Source of the DNA: Octopus bimaculoides | Taxonomy: Eukaryota | Length of the DNA: 57,294 bases | NCBI RefSeq assembly: GCF_001194135.2 | Contig: NC_068982.1 | Coordinates: 151,345,501-151,402,794 of the forward strand | Direction of reading: 5' to 3' | Part shown: positions 38,328 to 51,576 of the stretch, piece after piece | How the letters are laid out: each line of letters starts with the position of its first letter | Numbering within the stretch: the first letter of the stretch is position 1 | Notes under the pieces: model-generated | What the model saw: only the letters and a program-made list of their open reading frames with translations | What the model was told of the DNA's origin: nothing | Databases searched by the model: none | Position numbers and translations under genes: made by a program

Positions 38328-39215
38328 TTGGTGGTGGTGGGGGTAGCAGTAGTAGTACTTGTTGTACGAATAACTGTGGTAGTAGGAGAAGGAGGAGCAA
38401 GAGAGAGAAAAAGAGAGTAAGAGGAAGGTTGAGATAGTTATAGTAGTAGTACTTGTAGAGTAACAAGAAATAAAATTAATACTTGCAAATTCAACTGTTA
38501 ACATCAGCAGCAGTAGTAGCAACCGTAACAGTAATAGCATCATCCAAGCACAGCATTGCGAACACTAACAATAGTAACATGAATATCATAACTAATGAAT
38601 TGAAGTTAAGCGTATCAGCAACAATATGTCCTTCACTATCATTGTTATAATGTGTTTGTAGTAGCATTGAGCATATTTGCAACTGTAAGAATTAGTTGGA
38701 TTATCCCCAATAGCAGCAGCAGCACACAATATCCATCTGAAATAGAGAGAACAGACCTCAGATATACCGAGCACGGATAAAGAGATTTTATGAGGTTTAT
38801 GCGGGTGGCACCGAGAATTTTAAATTGCTCGGGCTGTTAGGTTGCCGTTTTCCTCTACGGCTCATTTCTAACCACTTCATTATCATCGTCGTTGCCTTCC
38901 TCATCATCATCATCATGGACATCATGATCATGATCATCATCATCACCATCGTCGTAGTCGTCGTTGGTGTCATCGTCACTGTCCTCGTCGTCCATGTCGT
39001 CATTGTCATTGTCGTCAATTGCTACAAAAGCATCAATGCTAAAAATTTCGACAGTATATCACCAATCATCAATCCTCCTCCTCCTCCTCCTCCTCCTCCT
39101 CCTCATCATCATCATCATCATCATCATCGTCATCATCATCATCATCATCATCGTCATCGTCATCATCATCATCATCATCGTCATCGTCATCATCATCATC
39201 ATCATCATCATCTGT
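38090..39215. repeat. Cluster of trinucleotide microsatellites: (CTA)n, (TAG)n, (CAT/CGT/CCT)n
   Basis: Direct inspection. Source of the poly-Y, poly-L and poly-H pseudo-ORFs. Confidence 0.92.
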
Positions 39216-41459
39216 AGCAGCAGTGAATTAATAGTGAATTCTTTTGATATGACAAAATATAGATGTTTATATAGATTTTCCCAACTATTTTGATGATACT
39301 AATTCTAACGACCGAAGTCAAGAACAGATAGCTAATCCCGGCATCAATTCAATTCAGTGTAGCGGAACACAGAGTTTCATACATCAGAGTATCTATCAGT
39401 GTTTTAAATAAACTCTCTTTGTTTCACTGCTATCATAATATAAATAATAACTGAAGGGTGGTAGATAGAACCTGTTGAATATTTCCCAACCAGTTAAAAT
39501 ACCATTTATCAGTCTTTTATTTTTAATTCGGAGGAAGAGGCTATACTTATGGCCTTAGCACGCTGTCCGGATCGGACAGCGTGTGGTTAAAGTAAGCACT
39601 ACATCTCCCCTAGAGAGTGTTGCCGCATGTCAATTTAGGGAATGAATACAAATAATAATACTAACAACGATAACATCAACAACGCGAACAACACAGTATG
39701 AAAAACAGCACATTTAACAGGATCAACCCTTTAGAAATATTGTTTGTAATAATGTTTCTCGCTGCCGTTCCAAGCAATATAATATGGACGTGGGAACATA
39801 CTAAAGTAATGGTTAAAATGTGAATTTTCTTCAGAATATACACAAGGAGAAATGCTTGTAGGTGAGAATCTATTCCAGTATATTGGTCGTAGCTGTTTTG
39901 TCAATCTGGAAGGGATGAATGATACGTCACCAAAGACATTGTATCAATTAGGCAGGGATAAAGATTAAACCGGTACTTTGCTTCACTGGTCCTTTTCACT
40001 GATCAACAGCGAAAAAGAACAGCAATAAAAACAAGAAATATTGTGCAGGAAAACAAAAAAAAAACAAGAAAATATAGATGACTGAAATAAAACGATCAAC
40101 TGAAACGATGAAACTTTTCCGAATAGAGCAATAACAACATTACTAGTAATCACTAATTTAGGCACAGGGCCTCAAATTGCAGGGTGGATAATAGTCAAAT
40201 ATATAGTTTCCAGTACTTAACTTGTACTTCATTTTATCGATTCCAGAAAGATGAAGAGCAAAGGTGACTTTCATGGCATTAAATTCAGACCTTTTATGTT
40301 CAGAAATGTCACCAAGGTCGTTCCATGTTCTACCGATTTTTTGCCAGTCAAATAATAAATATATTCGTAAAAGGAAAGATCACTTTAGCAAATTATAATT
40401 GTAAAAATCTAAAAAAAACAAAAACAAAAACAAAAAACAACAAAAAACAGAAATGAAGTGTCGGGCACATATTTTTAATTAACTTTTAGAGATTAATAAA
40501 AAGAGAGGCAACGATTCCTATGTCCCTTCTCGGGGCTTCTGTAACTGGTGAAAGTAAGGAAAGTTATCTTCAAACTGGACAACTGAACCCAATTCTTACA
40601 CCAGATCGTTGTTCAGTGAGGACACTCGTGGATCACCTGCTGCACGGTACCTTGTGCAATTATCTTCTACCATCATCTCGAGCTGATCAATGCATTGCGA
40701 TAGATATTTGGTACATAAAATCCGTGTGGAAGCTCCCTGAGGATACATGTGTGCGCGCAAACGTGTTTGTTTTTCGCCGAGGAATATCACCAAAAGATGA
40801 AAGTATCAGTAAGAATAAACCATTACATTCATTCTGTTCAATTTACTTCTTTGTCACTCTCACTATCATAAATGCACTGAAACAAGATTGACTTTTATAT
40901 ACCTGTAACCAACGATGTTATGCACAAAATACAATATCAAATTAAAATAGGAATACAGACACTCGGAATATGTTCAAATTTTAAATATTGACCGAATGTA
41001 GATATCAATAATATGTAAAACATATTTAAGTATATAATTTTAGGTTATAATTAGAAAATTAGTTTTATAGCATCTCAATAGTAAATAATTGAAGATTTGG
41101 TACTTTAATATAGATGAACATCAATCGACCAACAGTTTTCAAGCGATTAGTGGAGAAATACTACTTCTAGTGATGCTTAGAACCTAAAAGCAACCAGCAA
41201 ATATGAAAAATCAAAAGGGATAAGTTGATTAAAACCATAATAACAATGGAGATTTAAGAATATTCTAATTATAAAGTCGATTAGTTAAAGCTACGGACAG
41301 GTTTTGGCGTGATAAGACATTGTCAGTGAAGAATATCCACACACACACGCGTGCAGCGCACACACATACACAAACACAGACAAGCACACACACACATGCA
41401 CACACGCACACACACACGCACATACACACACGCACACGCACACACACACTCATACCGAG

Positions 41460-41600
41460 GCAGCATACATAGCCTAGAGGTGAGGTTGTTGCACTCACGA
41501 TCGAAAGACTGTGGCGCCGATTCCCAGATCGGGCGGTGCATTGTGCTCTTGAGTAAAACACTTCACGCTGATTTATTCCGCCATCATTTCGAAATTAGAC
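41460..41600 (+). mobile_element. Decayed tRNA-derived SINE head
   Basis: A-box-like TAGCCTAGAGG, then a B-box remnant, then GCATTGTGCTCTTGAGTAAAACACTTC (CORE-like motif). Confidence 0.55.
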
Positions 41601-41718
41601 GCGTGGCAAATCTGTGGACCTATACAGGCAATATCGATTTGATGGAGGGATTAAGGTTATGTGATCATTTGTTCACAAGAAATTGCAGGGCACTTATCCT
41701 CTAACGACGAGAGAGTCC

Positions 41719-41758
<40 letters not shown>

Positions 41759-43624
41759 NNNNNNNNNNNNNNNNNNNNNNNNNNNNNNNNNNNNNNNNNN
41801 NNNNNNNNNNNNNNNNNNNNNNNNNNNNNNNNNNNNNNNNNNNNNNNNNNNNNNNNNNNNNNNNNNNNNNNNNNNNNNNNNNNNNNNNNNNNNNNNNNNN
41901 NNNNNNNNNNNNNNNNNNNNNNNNNNNNNNNNNNNNNNNNNNNNNNNNNNNNNNNNNNNNNNNNNNNNNNNNNNNNNNNNNNNNNNNNNNNNNNNNNNNN
42001 NNNNNNNNNNNNNNNNNNNNNNNNNNNNNNNNNNNNNNNNNNNNNNNNNNNNNNNNNNNNNNNNNNNNNNNNNNNNNNNNNNNNNNNNNNNNNNNNNNNN
42101 NNNNNNNNNNNNNNNNNNNNNNNNNNNNNNNNNNNNNNNNNNNNNNNNNNNNNNNNNNNNNNNNNNNNNNNNNNNNNNNNNNNNNNNNNNNNNNNNNNNN
42201 NNNNNNNNNNNNNNNNNNNNNNNNNNNNNNNNNNNNNNNNNNNNNNNNNNNNNNNNNNNNNNNNNNNNNNNNNNNNNNNNNNNNNNNNNNNNNNNNNNNN
42301 NNNNNNNNNNNNNNNNNNNNNNNNNNNNNNNNNNNNNNNNNNNNNNATATATATATATATATATATACATACATACATATGAGTGTGTGTGTGTGTAAGT
42401 CTGTATAGAAAGAAGTTGTTCTTAGGGATATATTATCCAAGTATACACCAGTTTTGCACTATTATCGATTGGCGATACTGGAAAGTTTTCATGTGCATAT
42501 GTACTAGTGTTTATCGTTGGTTCTTCTTCGATTTTAGTACTTTACATTTCTGAAATCTAGCTGTCGCTATGGAGATTTCCATCATTTTCGATATAGGAGA
42601 AAAAAAAACGTTTAAAAATTCAAAGAAAACGGTGAATACATACACGGAATAATCAATTTTTAATCATTGTTCATTCATATTGCCTACGCTACGTTTCAGC
42701 TAACTGCTACCTTTCATATTTACACTTTTAAAGTGCATTATGTAATTGAAAAAAGCAAAAGACTTCCACGGGGCATGATTGACCGTTATTTTACACATCC
42801 TAACGGATGGAGAGTTTATTTCAATTTAATAAATCCCTTTTATCCATCCTCACTACCACTATGTATTAAACCAACAATATTTCTCCCCTTTAATTCCTTG
42901 ATTGTCATTTACAAACTTCTCTCCGTATTTTTCCTTACCATCTAAAAGAATTTTTCTTTCCTTTTATTTCAACTCCCTCCATCCGTAAACTTACAAGTAC
43001 ATATGTCTACATATGTCTACAAACACTTCCACCACTTCATACTGTTTTTTTTATAATACCACTCCCCTGTTAATTTCTGTGATTCGGCCAAAAAAGCTCT
43101 TTGAATACCAGCAGTCAAATAACTGTGCTTAAATTCCTCACTCTACCTTGCTTTATTCACACACACTTTCTTTCTCCCCTACGACCAGAAATATTTCCCC
43201 ACCTTTTCCCTTCCAAATCATCACTTCTTCAAATACCAGTTCCCTTACTAAATTCTGTAATTCAGCCAAAATAACTCTATTATTTACTACCAGTCAACTG
43301 ACCTTGCTTAAATTCCTCCTTCCTCTCACTCCCTTATATTTCCGTTTTTCTTCCCTTCTTCTAATATTATTTCTCCCTACATTTATATATTCCTCTCATA
43401 TTGTGCATTCTACACATTCTGATTCAATCTTACTTGCATCAACATGTACCTCCTTGCAGCAATGTAACCTTTAATCTAATCAAGATATCTTTGGCCTGAA
43501 GAGTAGCCGGCCGTATACACCTCAATTGGATTTTACCACTTCTGAGGTTCCGCTCGCTATGAAACATATGTTGCCCGGATCTTTCCTACTCCACAGTGTT
43601 CCCTTTTTTCACAACCATATTGTA

Positions 43625-43900
43625 TCATTTTTTATTTACTAAACTCCAACTTTATATCCTTTGAGAATGTTGTAACAAGGTCATGGATCTTTTTCATCTC
43701 ATGCATACACATGGCATACAATTTCAAGTCATCCACAAAGAAGTAGTGTGTTATTTTAGCATATCTGTTTCCTTGTGAACCCATCAGTGAGACTTCCTCA
43801 ACACAAATCACAAGAGGTTGACTGAAATTATGAACAATATTACAAAGAGGCTGTTCTCTTGGAGTATACATCTGTGACAATGGATTCTGTCAGTGATAAT
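43625..43900 (-). mobile_element. R4/Dong-type RT fragment
   Basis: KITHYFFVDDLKLYA..DLVTTFSKDIKLEF (ORF 43632-43880). Confidence 0.82.
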
Positions 43901-44302
43901 AAAATAAATTCCTTGTATTCAAATCTAATGTGGTAGTCCATATTAATATGGTGGCCCATAAGATACGTCATTAAGATAATGCGTTCTGTGGCTATTGAGT
44001 TGTTAGCAATACTGGTGCTGATTAGTTTCCTTTGTCATTTTAGTGATGTATATATTTCTGCCTTTAGGTTGTAAAATGGCGAATTAGCTACCCATATTAT
44101 TTATAATTTTCATCGATGATCTGGCTATACCTGCTGCTGTAGGAAGCTTGCCTCCCTTGTCAGTCACTAAGATAGTGCGTTCCGTGGCAACTGAGGTATT
44201 TTGACTCTTATTTCTAGCAATGCTGGTACTGATTAGTGCCCTTTATCACTTCAGCGACGTATATATTTCTGTCGTTAGGTTGTAAAATTGCGAATTAGAG
44301 AC

Positions 44303-44333
<31 letters not shown>

Positions 44334-45227
44334 NNNNNNNNNNNNNNNNNNNNNNNNNNNNNNNNNNNNNNNNNNNNNNNNNNNNNNNNNNNNNNNNNNN
44401 NNNNNNNNNNNNNNNNNNNNNNNNNNNNNNNNNNNNNNNNNNNNNNNNNNNNNNNNNNNNNNNNNNNNNNNNNNNNNNNNNNNNNNNNNNNNNNNNNNNN
44501 NNNNNNNNNNNNNNNNNNNNNNNNNNNNNNNNNNNNNNNNNNNNNNNNNNNNNNNNNNNNNNNNNNNNNNNNNNNNNNNNNNNNNNNNNNNNNNNNNNNN
44601 NNNNNNNNNNNNNNNNNNNNNNNNNNNNNNNNNNNNNNNNNNNNNNNNNNNNNNNNNNNNNNNNNNNNNNNNNNNNNNNNNNNNNNNNNNNNNNNNNNNN
44701 NNNNNNNNNNNNNNNNNNNNNNNNNNNNNNNNNNNNNNNNNNNNNNNNNNNNNNNNNNNNNNNNNNNNNNNNNNNNNNNNNNNNNNNNNNNNNNNNNNNN
44801 NNNNNNNNNNNNNNNNNNNNNNNNNNNNNNNNNNNNNNNNNNNNNNNNNNNNNNNNNNNNNNNNNNNNNNNNNNNNNNNNNNNNNNNNNNNNNNNNNNNN
44901 NNNNNNNNNNNNNNNNNNNNNNNNNNNNNNNNNNNNNNNNNNNNNNNNNNNNNNNNNNNNNNNNNNNNNNNNNNNNNNNNNNNNNNNNNNNNNNNNNNNN
45001 NNNNNNNNNNNNNNNNNNNNNNNNNNNNNNNNNNNNNNNNNNNNNNNNNNNNNNNNNNNNNNNNNNNNNNNNNNNNNNNNNNNNNNNNNNNNNNNNNNNN
45101 NNNNNNNNNNNNNNNNNNNNNNNNNNNNNNNNNNNNNNNNNNNNNNNNNNNNNNNNNNNNNNNNNNNNNNNNNNNNNNNNNNNNNNNNNNNNNNNNNNNN
45201 NNNNNNNNNNNNNATATATATATATAT

Positions 45228-45261
<34 letters not shown>

Positions 45262-45399
45262 TATGAGGGGTAACGGTGTCAATAAGACCCAAAGGTGTCA
45301 GGTAATGCTGAGTAAGTATTGTGGATAGACCATAGTTAAGCTCCAGCTTTGGTGATTATGCGAATAAGGAGTCTGACGTAGGTCATATATCAGCTTGTG

Positions 45400-45720
45400 T
45401 ATATATAAAAAATGTTTTTCAGAATGAGATAAAAACCCAAGGCTGTGAAGATTTTAGAACATTTATGAATAAGTCTTACAGCTGTTTCCAGGATATTCCT
45501 TATATCCCTTCATCGGAGACGGTGTGAGAAAATGGTTAAGTAATAATTAATTTAGATAAGATACGAAATAGAGAGTGAAGTGGAGGAATGAAAATAGATG
45601 TGAGATATGCAGGGATATTGCATTTGTAGATCCATTATTTAGGCAGAATGGTATACATATAAGATTCCAATATCTTGTGAGTAAATTCCAATAGTACTTA
45701 AAATTGGTCATTGTAAATTC
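45400..45720 (-). mobile_element. Penelope-like element 3' end
   Basis: ILESYMYTILPK resembles the PLE C-terminus and is followed by a minimal hammerhead motif. Confidence 0.6.
45473..45520 (-). ncRNA. Minimal type I hammerhead ribozyme (PLE-type), U4C variant
   Basis: RNA 5'-GUCU CCGAUGA AGGGAUAU AAGGA AUAUCCUG GAAAC AGCU GUA AGAC-3'. Stem I GUCU/AGAC, 7-bp stem II, palindromic AGCU loop III, GUA triplet. Confidence 0.75.
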
Positions 45721-45954
45721 CAATAGTATTTAAAATTGGTCATTCCAAGTATAGAGTCTGTACACAGTGCATATACACATATGTGTGTGTGTGTGTGTGG
45801 ACAGAGAGAGAGAAAGAAAAAGAGAGACGGGTAGATTGATAGATAGATTTATAAGAGGTTTTCATGAAAGCTGGCAGTGAAACTCTGTAATGAGTATTTA
45901 TGTTGTCCATGGAGGACGTCAGCGTGTAGTGAATGGAAGAGTAAAATATATATG

Positions 45955-46127
45955 CGGCCATGTTGGGGCACTACCTTGAAATATTGAAGTCAAACAAATA
46001 AACCCGAGGACTTACTTTTTCTTTACGTATTATAGTATCGGTCCATTTTGCTGAACCAATAAGTTCTGGCGACGTAAACACGCCAACGCCGGTTGTCAAG
46101 CAGTGAGGACAAATACAGACGCAAATG

Positions 46128-46130
<3 letters not shown>
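45955..46130 (-). mobile_element. 3' half of a second tRNA-SINE family, following (TG)n
   Basis: Minus strand GCTTGACAACCGGCGTTGGCGTGTTTACGTC..GACCGATA... Recalled as the tail of the family whose head is at 48431-48606. Confidence 0.65.
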
Positions 46131-46183
<53 letters not shown>

Positions 46184-46200
46184 ACTTCTCTGTGTGTGCG

Positions 46201-46232
<32 letters not shown>

Positions 46233-46734
46233 GAATAATGATAAGGAGTTCGGAGATTTTTCACATCCATAATTTTATACAACAGTTATATACACCATCT
46301 TTACGTGTTTCAACTGCAGCGACTTAAGTTGAAACACATATAAGTTCTGTGAAGATGTTGTAAATAACTGTTAAATAAAATTATGGTTGTGAAAAATCTC
46401 CGTTCTCTTTATCACCATTAATACTATTACTTAGTCTACGGAAAATATGCAGTACCGAAAATGCCTCTCGGATTTATCCAGTTACCAGAACCTAGCAACT
46501 TATTGTTAGCACGGGTATCACAAAAGGACCGTTGTGGTTAGCTGGCATCTGAAACCGACTTAAGGGGAAACATAGTAACCGCCAGGATAATATAATCTTT
46601 TTAAGCTTGCTTATTTTTGGAAATATATATGTCTTGCAAAACGAATATAAAACACACACACACACACACATATATATACTATATATATATATATATACAT
46701 ACATACATATCACAATTAAAACTTACCGATTTTA

Positions 46735-48335
46735 TTTAAATGTTCTCGTTTTCTTGTTGAAATTGTTGATAACATCATTGTAGAAGGTATCGTTCTTGAT
46801 GATTTTTAAAACGGCTTTTTCTATGCCAATTAGAGCTAAAATGCTCAACTTTTCTTGTCCCTGCAAATTTCTTGTATAATTATGAATTCTCCTTCTGTAT
46901 GAAAAGGAGCGCTCAGCTTCATTAACTGGGGAAAAGCTTCATCTAATCCACTTTATGTAGAATGTAAAGTAAATTTTGAACGGATTTTCCTTTTAGTTCA
47001 GCGTCTTTGTACAAGGCAGTAAGTTCACTTCTTAACTTTTGGCTGTCGAAATGGGCTCCAATAAGAATGTTTAAGGCAAATTAGAGATGTTTCCTGGATG
47101 TCGTTATTTTGTCTCATTGGATCAAGAAGTGATAAAAAATGTAATTCATTTAAATTTTGAAATCATTTCTCATTTTGCTCGCAAATTAAATCTATAATTT
47201 TGTGAAACAGCTGTCTGTATCTTTCTTCTTCCGTTTCAAAAGTATTTTTTTCTTTTCTTCATTTGAGGATAAATGCCATCAACTTTAGCCCCAAATTTAG
47301 AAAATTCATGCTTTCCTTCTTTCAAAACTTTCCTAATTTCATTTACTTTACGCATACAGTAAGATATGTCATTTTTTTTGTCTGGAGGATGTCAAATGAT
47401 CCATTTGTGTAAATAAAAATATCTCCAAACATATTTAACAAAATATTGAATTCACAATTTTGTAAATTAGAATACAACGCCTGAGCATAGGTATAGCTTT
47501 CCGTGTCCCATTCACTTGAATTATCAATGATGTTTAGGAATAAATCAGCAAGTTGCTCATAATATTCACGAAATGTTTTTACCAACGAATGATTCAAGTT
47601 CCAGCGAGTTGGCGCCACTTTAGGAAGACGCTTTTTAATTTCAGTATCTAATAGATGCACACACTTGGTCAATCTACAAAGCAATAACGAAAAAGACTTT
47701 ATCTGTGAAAAAAACTTATTGCATTCTTTATTTGCATCCGCTTGAGACAGAACTAGATTTAATCTATGGGCCATACAGTGAACAAAAAAAGGGTGTTCTG
47801 TAATTTGAAAAAGTATAAAATAGTTGAATAAACGTAGAAAATTACGCGCGTGTTATATTTTCACCGTTTTTCTGATGGAAGCAGAATGTCAACTTGCTTC
47901 CCTTTTCCTACGTTAGTGTTAAATAACAACATAAGATTATATATATCATAGGTATTGCGAATTGACAGAAACTTAATCTAAGCGTATAAGTATTTATTAA
48001 CATCTAAAACTATTCGTTATCAGCTCTTACTAGAAAGAAAAATCTTTGTGGCATTTTTATCGGAAAAATGTTAACACATTACAACGTAAAGGATGCAACA
48101 GCTCATGTTGCTTCCCTTGCACAGATGTTCTTTGTTTATGTCGTCTGCCACTGCTTTTCGTCTCATGCTAATTCCGACAATAGAAGACTGAAGCCTATGA
48201 TGTCATGTAGTTTATATTAATTTTACAGAGCATTATAAGAACTATCTTATGAAAAATAAGTAATATAGTTTCAATTTTGTTTCTATAATTTTAAGGGAAG
48301 CTTTGCTTCCCTTGCTTCCATGGACCGCACGCCTA
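46735..48335 (-). mobile_element. hAT transposase remnant (ZMYM1-like/Tip100-like) with one putative terminus
   Basis: CMAHRLNLVL..PKVAPTRW; C-terminal ERSFSY..NYTRNLQGQEKLSILALIGIEK. Putative TIR GGACCGCACGCCTA at 48322-48335 with GCTTCCCT subterminal repeats. No partner TIR found. Confidence 0.88.
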
Positions 48336-48430
<95 letters not shown>

Positions 48431-48606
48431 CAACGGGCTTCCTTCAATTTCCGTCTACCAAATTCACTCACAATGCTGTGTTTGGTCGGCCCGCGGCTAT
48501 AGTAGAATATTAGAAGACACTTGGCCAAGGTGTCATGCAGTGGGACTGAACCCAGAATCATGCGGTTGGAAAGCAAACTTCTTACCATACAAGCACACTT
48601 GCGCAT
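48431..48606 (-). mobile_element. tRNA-derived SINE 5' half
   Basis: Minus strand GTATGGTAAGAAG (A box), GGGTTCAGTCCC (B box), CACCTTGGCCAAGTGTCTTCTA (CORE-like), followed by (TA)n. Confidence 0.85.
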
Positions 48607-50529
48607 AGGTCGATAAAAATAACATTTAATTGATTTCAAATATGCATACTCAAGAAAGAAATAATTTGATCATGTGGCAATACACATTTTATAAAATGAA
48701 GATGGAAAAATTTCGGTCAGCTCTCAGTGTGAGGGATTAGTGTGACCAGAAACATTCTATCAATTAATAGGAGACAGCGGAGCCTCCTCTTCTTTATAAA
48801 TAAGAATTTAGCTAGGAATTTTACGCCGAAGTTTTGAAAGGGTTATAGATCAGAGGTGTTTGCTGCACGGAAGCATATCTGTGGGTGATTTGGCTTTTCA
48901 GAAGCTGTATTCAGGTTACCGAGAAAGCAAGAAAGAGAAGATATAGAGTGAGGAATGTACACTATTCTATAACATTTGAAATAGAAGAAAAGGGGATTGG
49001 CTATTGGCTTCAGATAGGTCGCAATTTTAGGTAATGGGCTGAGAGTAGCATTTTTAGGAGAGAAATTTAACCAACTTCTCGCACACAATACAGTTGCTGG
49101 CTCTCAATTTTTTTACTCAGCGTGATGAACATTAAAGTTAATCTTGGCTGAATGAAAGGGTAAGACATCGGCGATTGTATTTGAAATCTAGTATAAAAAA
49201 TGTAGAAAAGAAAAATTCAGTAATTTGTTTCATTTTCAATACTTCTTTGAAATTTACTATTAAACAGAACTGTCTCTACAATTTATGTTAAAGGAAATTC
49301 CATTAACATTTGCTGCAGAGGGTGTTGAATGTCAGGAGATAAATCAGAGGCTATCATTTAAACGTTGTGAAAAGTAGTTACACAAAAATTAACCTACATT
49401 AACAACATCAATGTCTTGGATATCTCGTTCATATCCTAACTTCCAGAGCAGCGGAAATGGTTTTCTACATTCGAACTTTCAGAAGAAAACATTTGATCTA
49501 ATAAAGGTATAAAGTATAAAGAATAGAAAACAATAAGTACATATCAGCATATCCAGCAAAAAAGTTTGTTGAATGCATTAGAGACATACGTTTGAAAATG
49601 TCACTTCTAAATGATTTCAACATGCTTATATTCTCTTTTGTTTCATGACATCAAAACAAGACGACAGGTTCGATTGATTGAATTGAACTATTGCGACAAT
49701 AGCAGTGATGATATTTATAAATATAACAATAATCGTAGTAATGATGTTCTTTTTCCTATTAGCACAATGGTATAATTATTTTCGTGGGAAAGAGTTAGTC
49801 TATTTACTCAACCAAGGTATTTGGAATTTTATGAACCCTAGAGAGAGGAAAACGAAAATAAACTTTGTTGGATTTTAAATTTAAAAGATAAAGGTGTGTA
49901 ATAGAATGTATCAAGATCTAGTCCGTATCTAACACTAACCATCATCAACATGCTAATCAAAGTTTCTAATTTTGGTGTTGGAAAGGGATTGATTTAATTG
50001 ACATCATTGCTGGACCGGTAGTTACTATATTGACCACAGAAGGATGGAAGGCATCCAACAAGTTTTGGTGTCATTTGAACATTAAATTCACAGGTTCAAC
50101 AGACTACTTTCAGTTTATGCTTAATTCACTGGCATAATTCAAAGGATCGAGCTCCGAAAAGGCATATCTAAGAAAGCAGGAAAAACGACCGACTGTACGG
50201 GAATGTTACAAGATTTGCAGATTCACCGGTCATCATTTACAGACAGGAGATATTTTTTAGAGATGGCTGTTGGGTAGATGTTTCTTGGTTTAATATATGG
50301 CGTGCAGACGGATGAATGCATTTGCTGCACCTCGATCTTTCAGAACTAATTTGTTTTCAATTCAACTATACATACATACATACATACATACATACAAACA
50401 AAAATACCCTGTTGTTGATGTTGAAATTCCAATAAAGGAACTTTGGGTCTAGGTTGGAGACCGGCTCTTTGTCTATTGGCAAAAAAAGAAATTTGAAATA
50501 TAACTGAACAATGACATACATACGTACAC

Positions 50530-50865
50530 AGACCTGATATAATGATTTGGGACAGAGAAGAGAAACTGCACAGTTGTGGAAATTAGCTACCTAGCGGATG
50601 TTAACATAAAACTGAAGACAGTGTAAAAGAGAACCCCTATACTGAGCTATTAAGAAATCTGCAGTTACTCTATCCAGATTATAAATTCAGGTGTATACCT
50701 GTAATTAATTGAACCTTGGGATATATAACACACTGCCTAAATACTAATCTTGAGAAATTAGGCTTCTCAAAACCAGAAAGAAGAAAGCTAATTCGAAGAC
50801 TACAGATTCAATACATCACTGGAACTGTGAAAATCTGTAAAACTTTCCAGAAGTTTATCATTTAA
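50530..50865 (+). mobile_element. 3' end of an RLE-type non-LTR retrotransposon (PD-D/ExK endonuclease); clade not assigned
   Basis: RPDIMIWDREEK..VVEISY..YTELLRNLQLLYPDYKFRCIPVI..LGY..LEKLGF..RRLQIQYITGTVKICKTFQKFII*. Confidence 0.82.
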
Positions 50866-51139
50866 ATATATATGTGCCTGTCTAGATATGCAACTATATG
50901 TATAAGAATACATACATAAAACATACAAATCTTCACATTCATAATACATACATACATTCATACATATGCATGTATGTATACATTTATTTGCGTCTCATAC
51001 ATTCTTTTCCATACTCTTTCTCCAACTTTGCGTAGGCCTCTGTGTAGGTATCACCATGACAACTTTCTCTGTCATGGTCAATGCAAAAATCACACGCTAC
51101 ACACCTTCTTTCCTAGCACTGCTGTAAACAGCGGAAGCT

Positions 51140-51267
51140 AGAATGTTAATACTTAGTGTGCATGCACAGCAGAGTTCAAGGTCAATCTTTGCCAATCGGC
51201 TTCACTCTGCCTCCTTTAACTTCGTTACTATGGCAATAGATCGGATACTTATTGATCAGACCTCGTA
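51140..51267 (-). mobile_element. Mariner terminal fragment
   Basis: Minus strand begins TACGAGGTCTGATCAATAAGTATCCG, a mariner-type TIR starting with TA. The left boundary is uncertain. Confidence 0.65.
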
Positions 51268-51334
51268 CATTCATACATACATACATACATACATACATAC
51301 ATACATACATACATACATACATACATACATACAT

Positions 51335-51570
51335 AAGGCGGCGAGCTGACAGAAACGTTAGCACGCCGGGCGAAATGCTTAGCGGTATTTCGTCTGCCGC
51401 TACGTTCTGAGTTCAAATTCTGTTGAGGTCGACTTTGCTTTTCATCCTTTCGGGGTCGATTAAATAAGTACCAGTTACGCACTGGGGTCGGTATAATCAA
51501 CTTAATCCGTTTGTCTGTCCTTGTTTGTCCCCTCTGTGTGTAGCCCCTTCTGGGTAGTAAAAAAATAATA
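51335..51570 (+). mobile_element. tRNA-derived SINE, best-preserved copy
   Basis: AAGGCGGCGAGCTGACAGAAACGTTAGC..CTGAGTTCAAATTC (B box)..GTCGACTTTGCTTTTCATCCTTTCGGGGTCGATTAAATAAGTACCAG. Inserted in (TACA)n. Confidence 0.9.
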
Positions 51571-51576
51571 CATACA

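Noticed and set aside
38043-39293. Poly-His, poly-Pro, poly-Tyr and poly-Leu ORFs
   Set aside because: Translations of trinucleotide microsatellites with no flanking coding signal.
40520-40891. 123-aa ORF in non-repetitive, GC-balanced sequence
   Set aside because: No recognisable motif or convincing splice pair, so it cannot be supported as a CDS without a search. Worth a BLASTx.
42680-42720. Minus-strand GCUGAAACGUAGCGUA, hammerhead-like
   Set aside because: No CUGAnGA core and no stem I pairing; too decayed to call.
37219-44308. Short ~80%-identity local duplications (37219-37310/37421-37520; ~43055-43145/~43230-43320; 43981-44097/44178-44308)
   Set aside because: Old slippage-type tandem duplications with no further structure.
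17825-45328. Long ORFs (200-370 aa) containing X runs
   Set aside because: Artefacts of N gaps flanked by dinucleotide repeats (gaps at 17983-18619, 19459-20111, 22657-23309, 27208-27501, 28521-28898, 29547-30024, 41759-42346, 44334-45213).
51335-51430. Possible tRNA gene (A and B boxes)
   Set aside because: No cloverleaf; it continues into the SINE core and recurs at several loci, so it is a SINE head.
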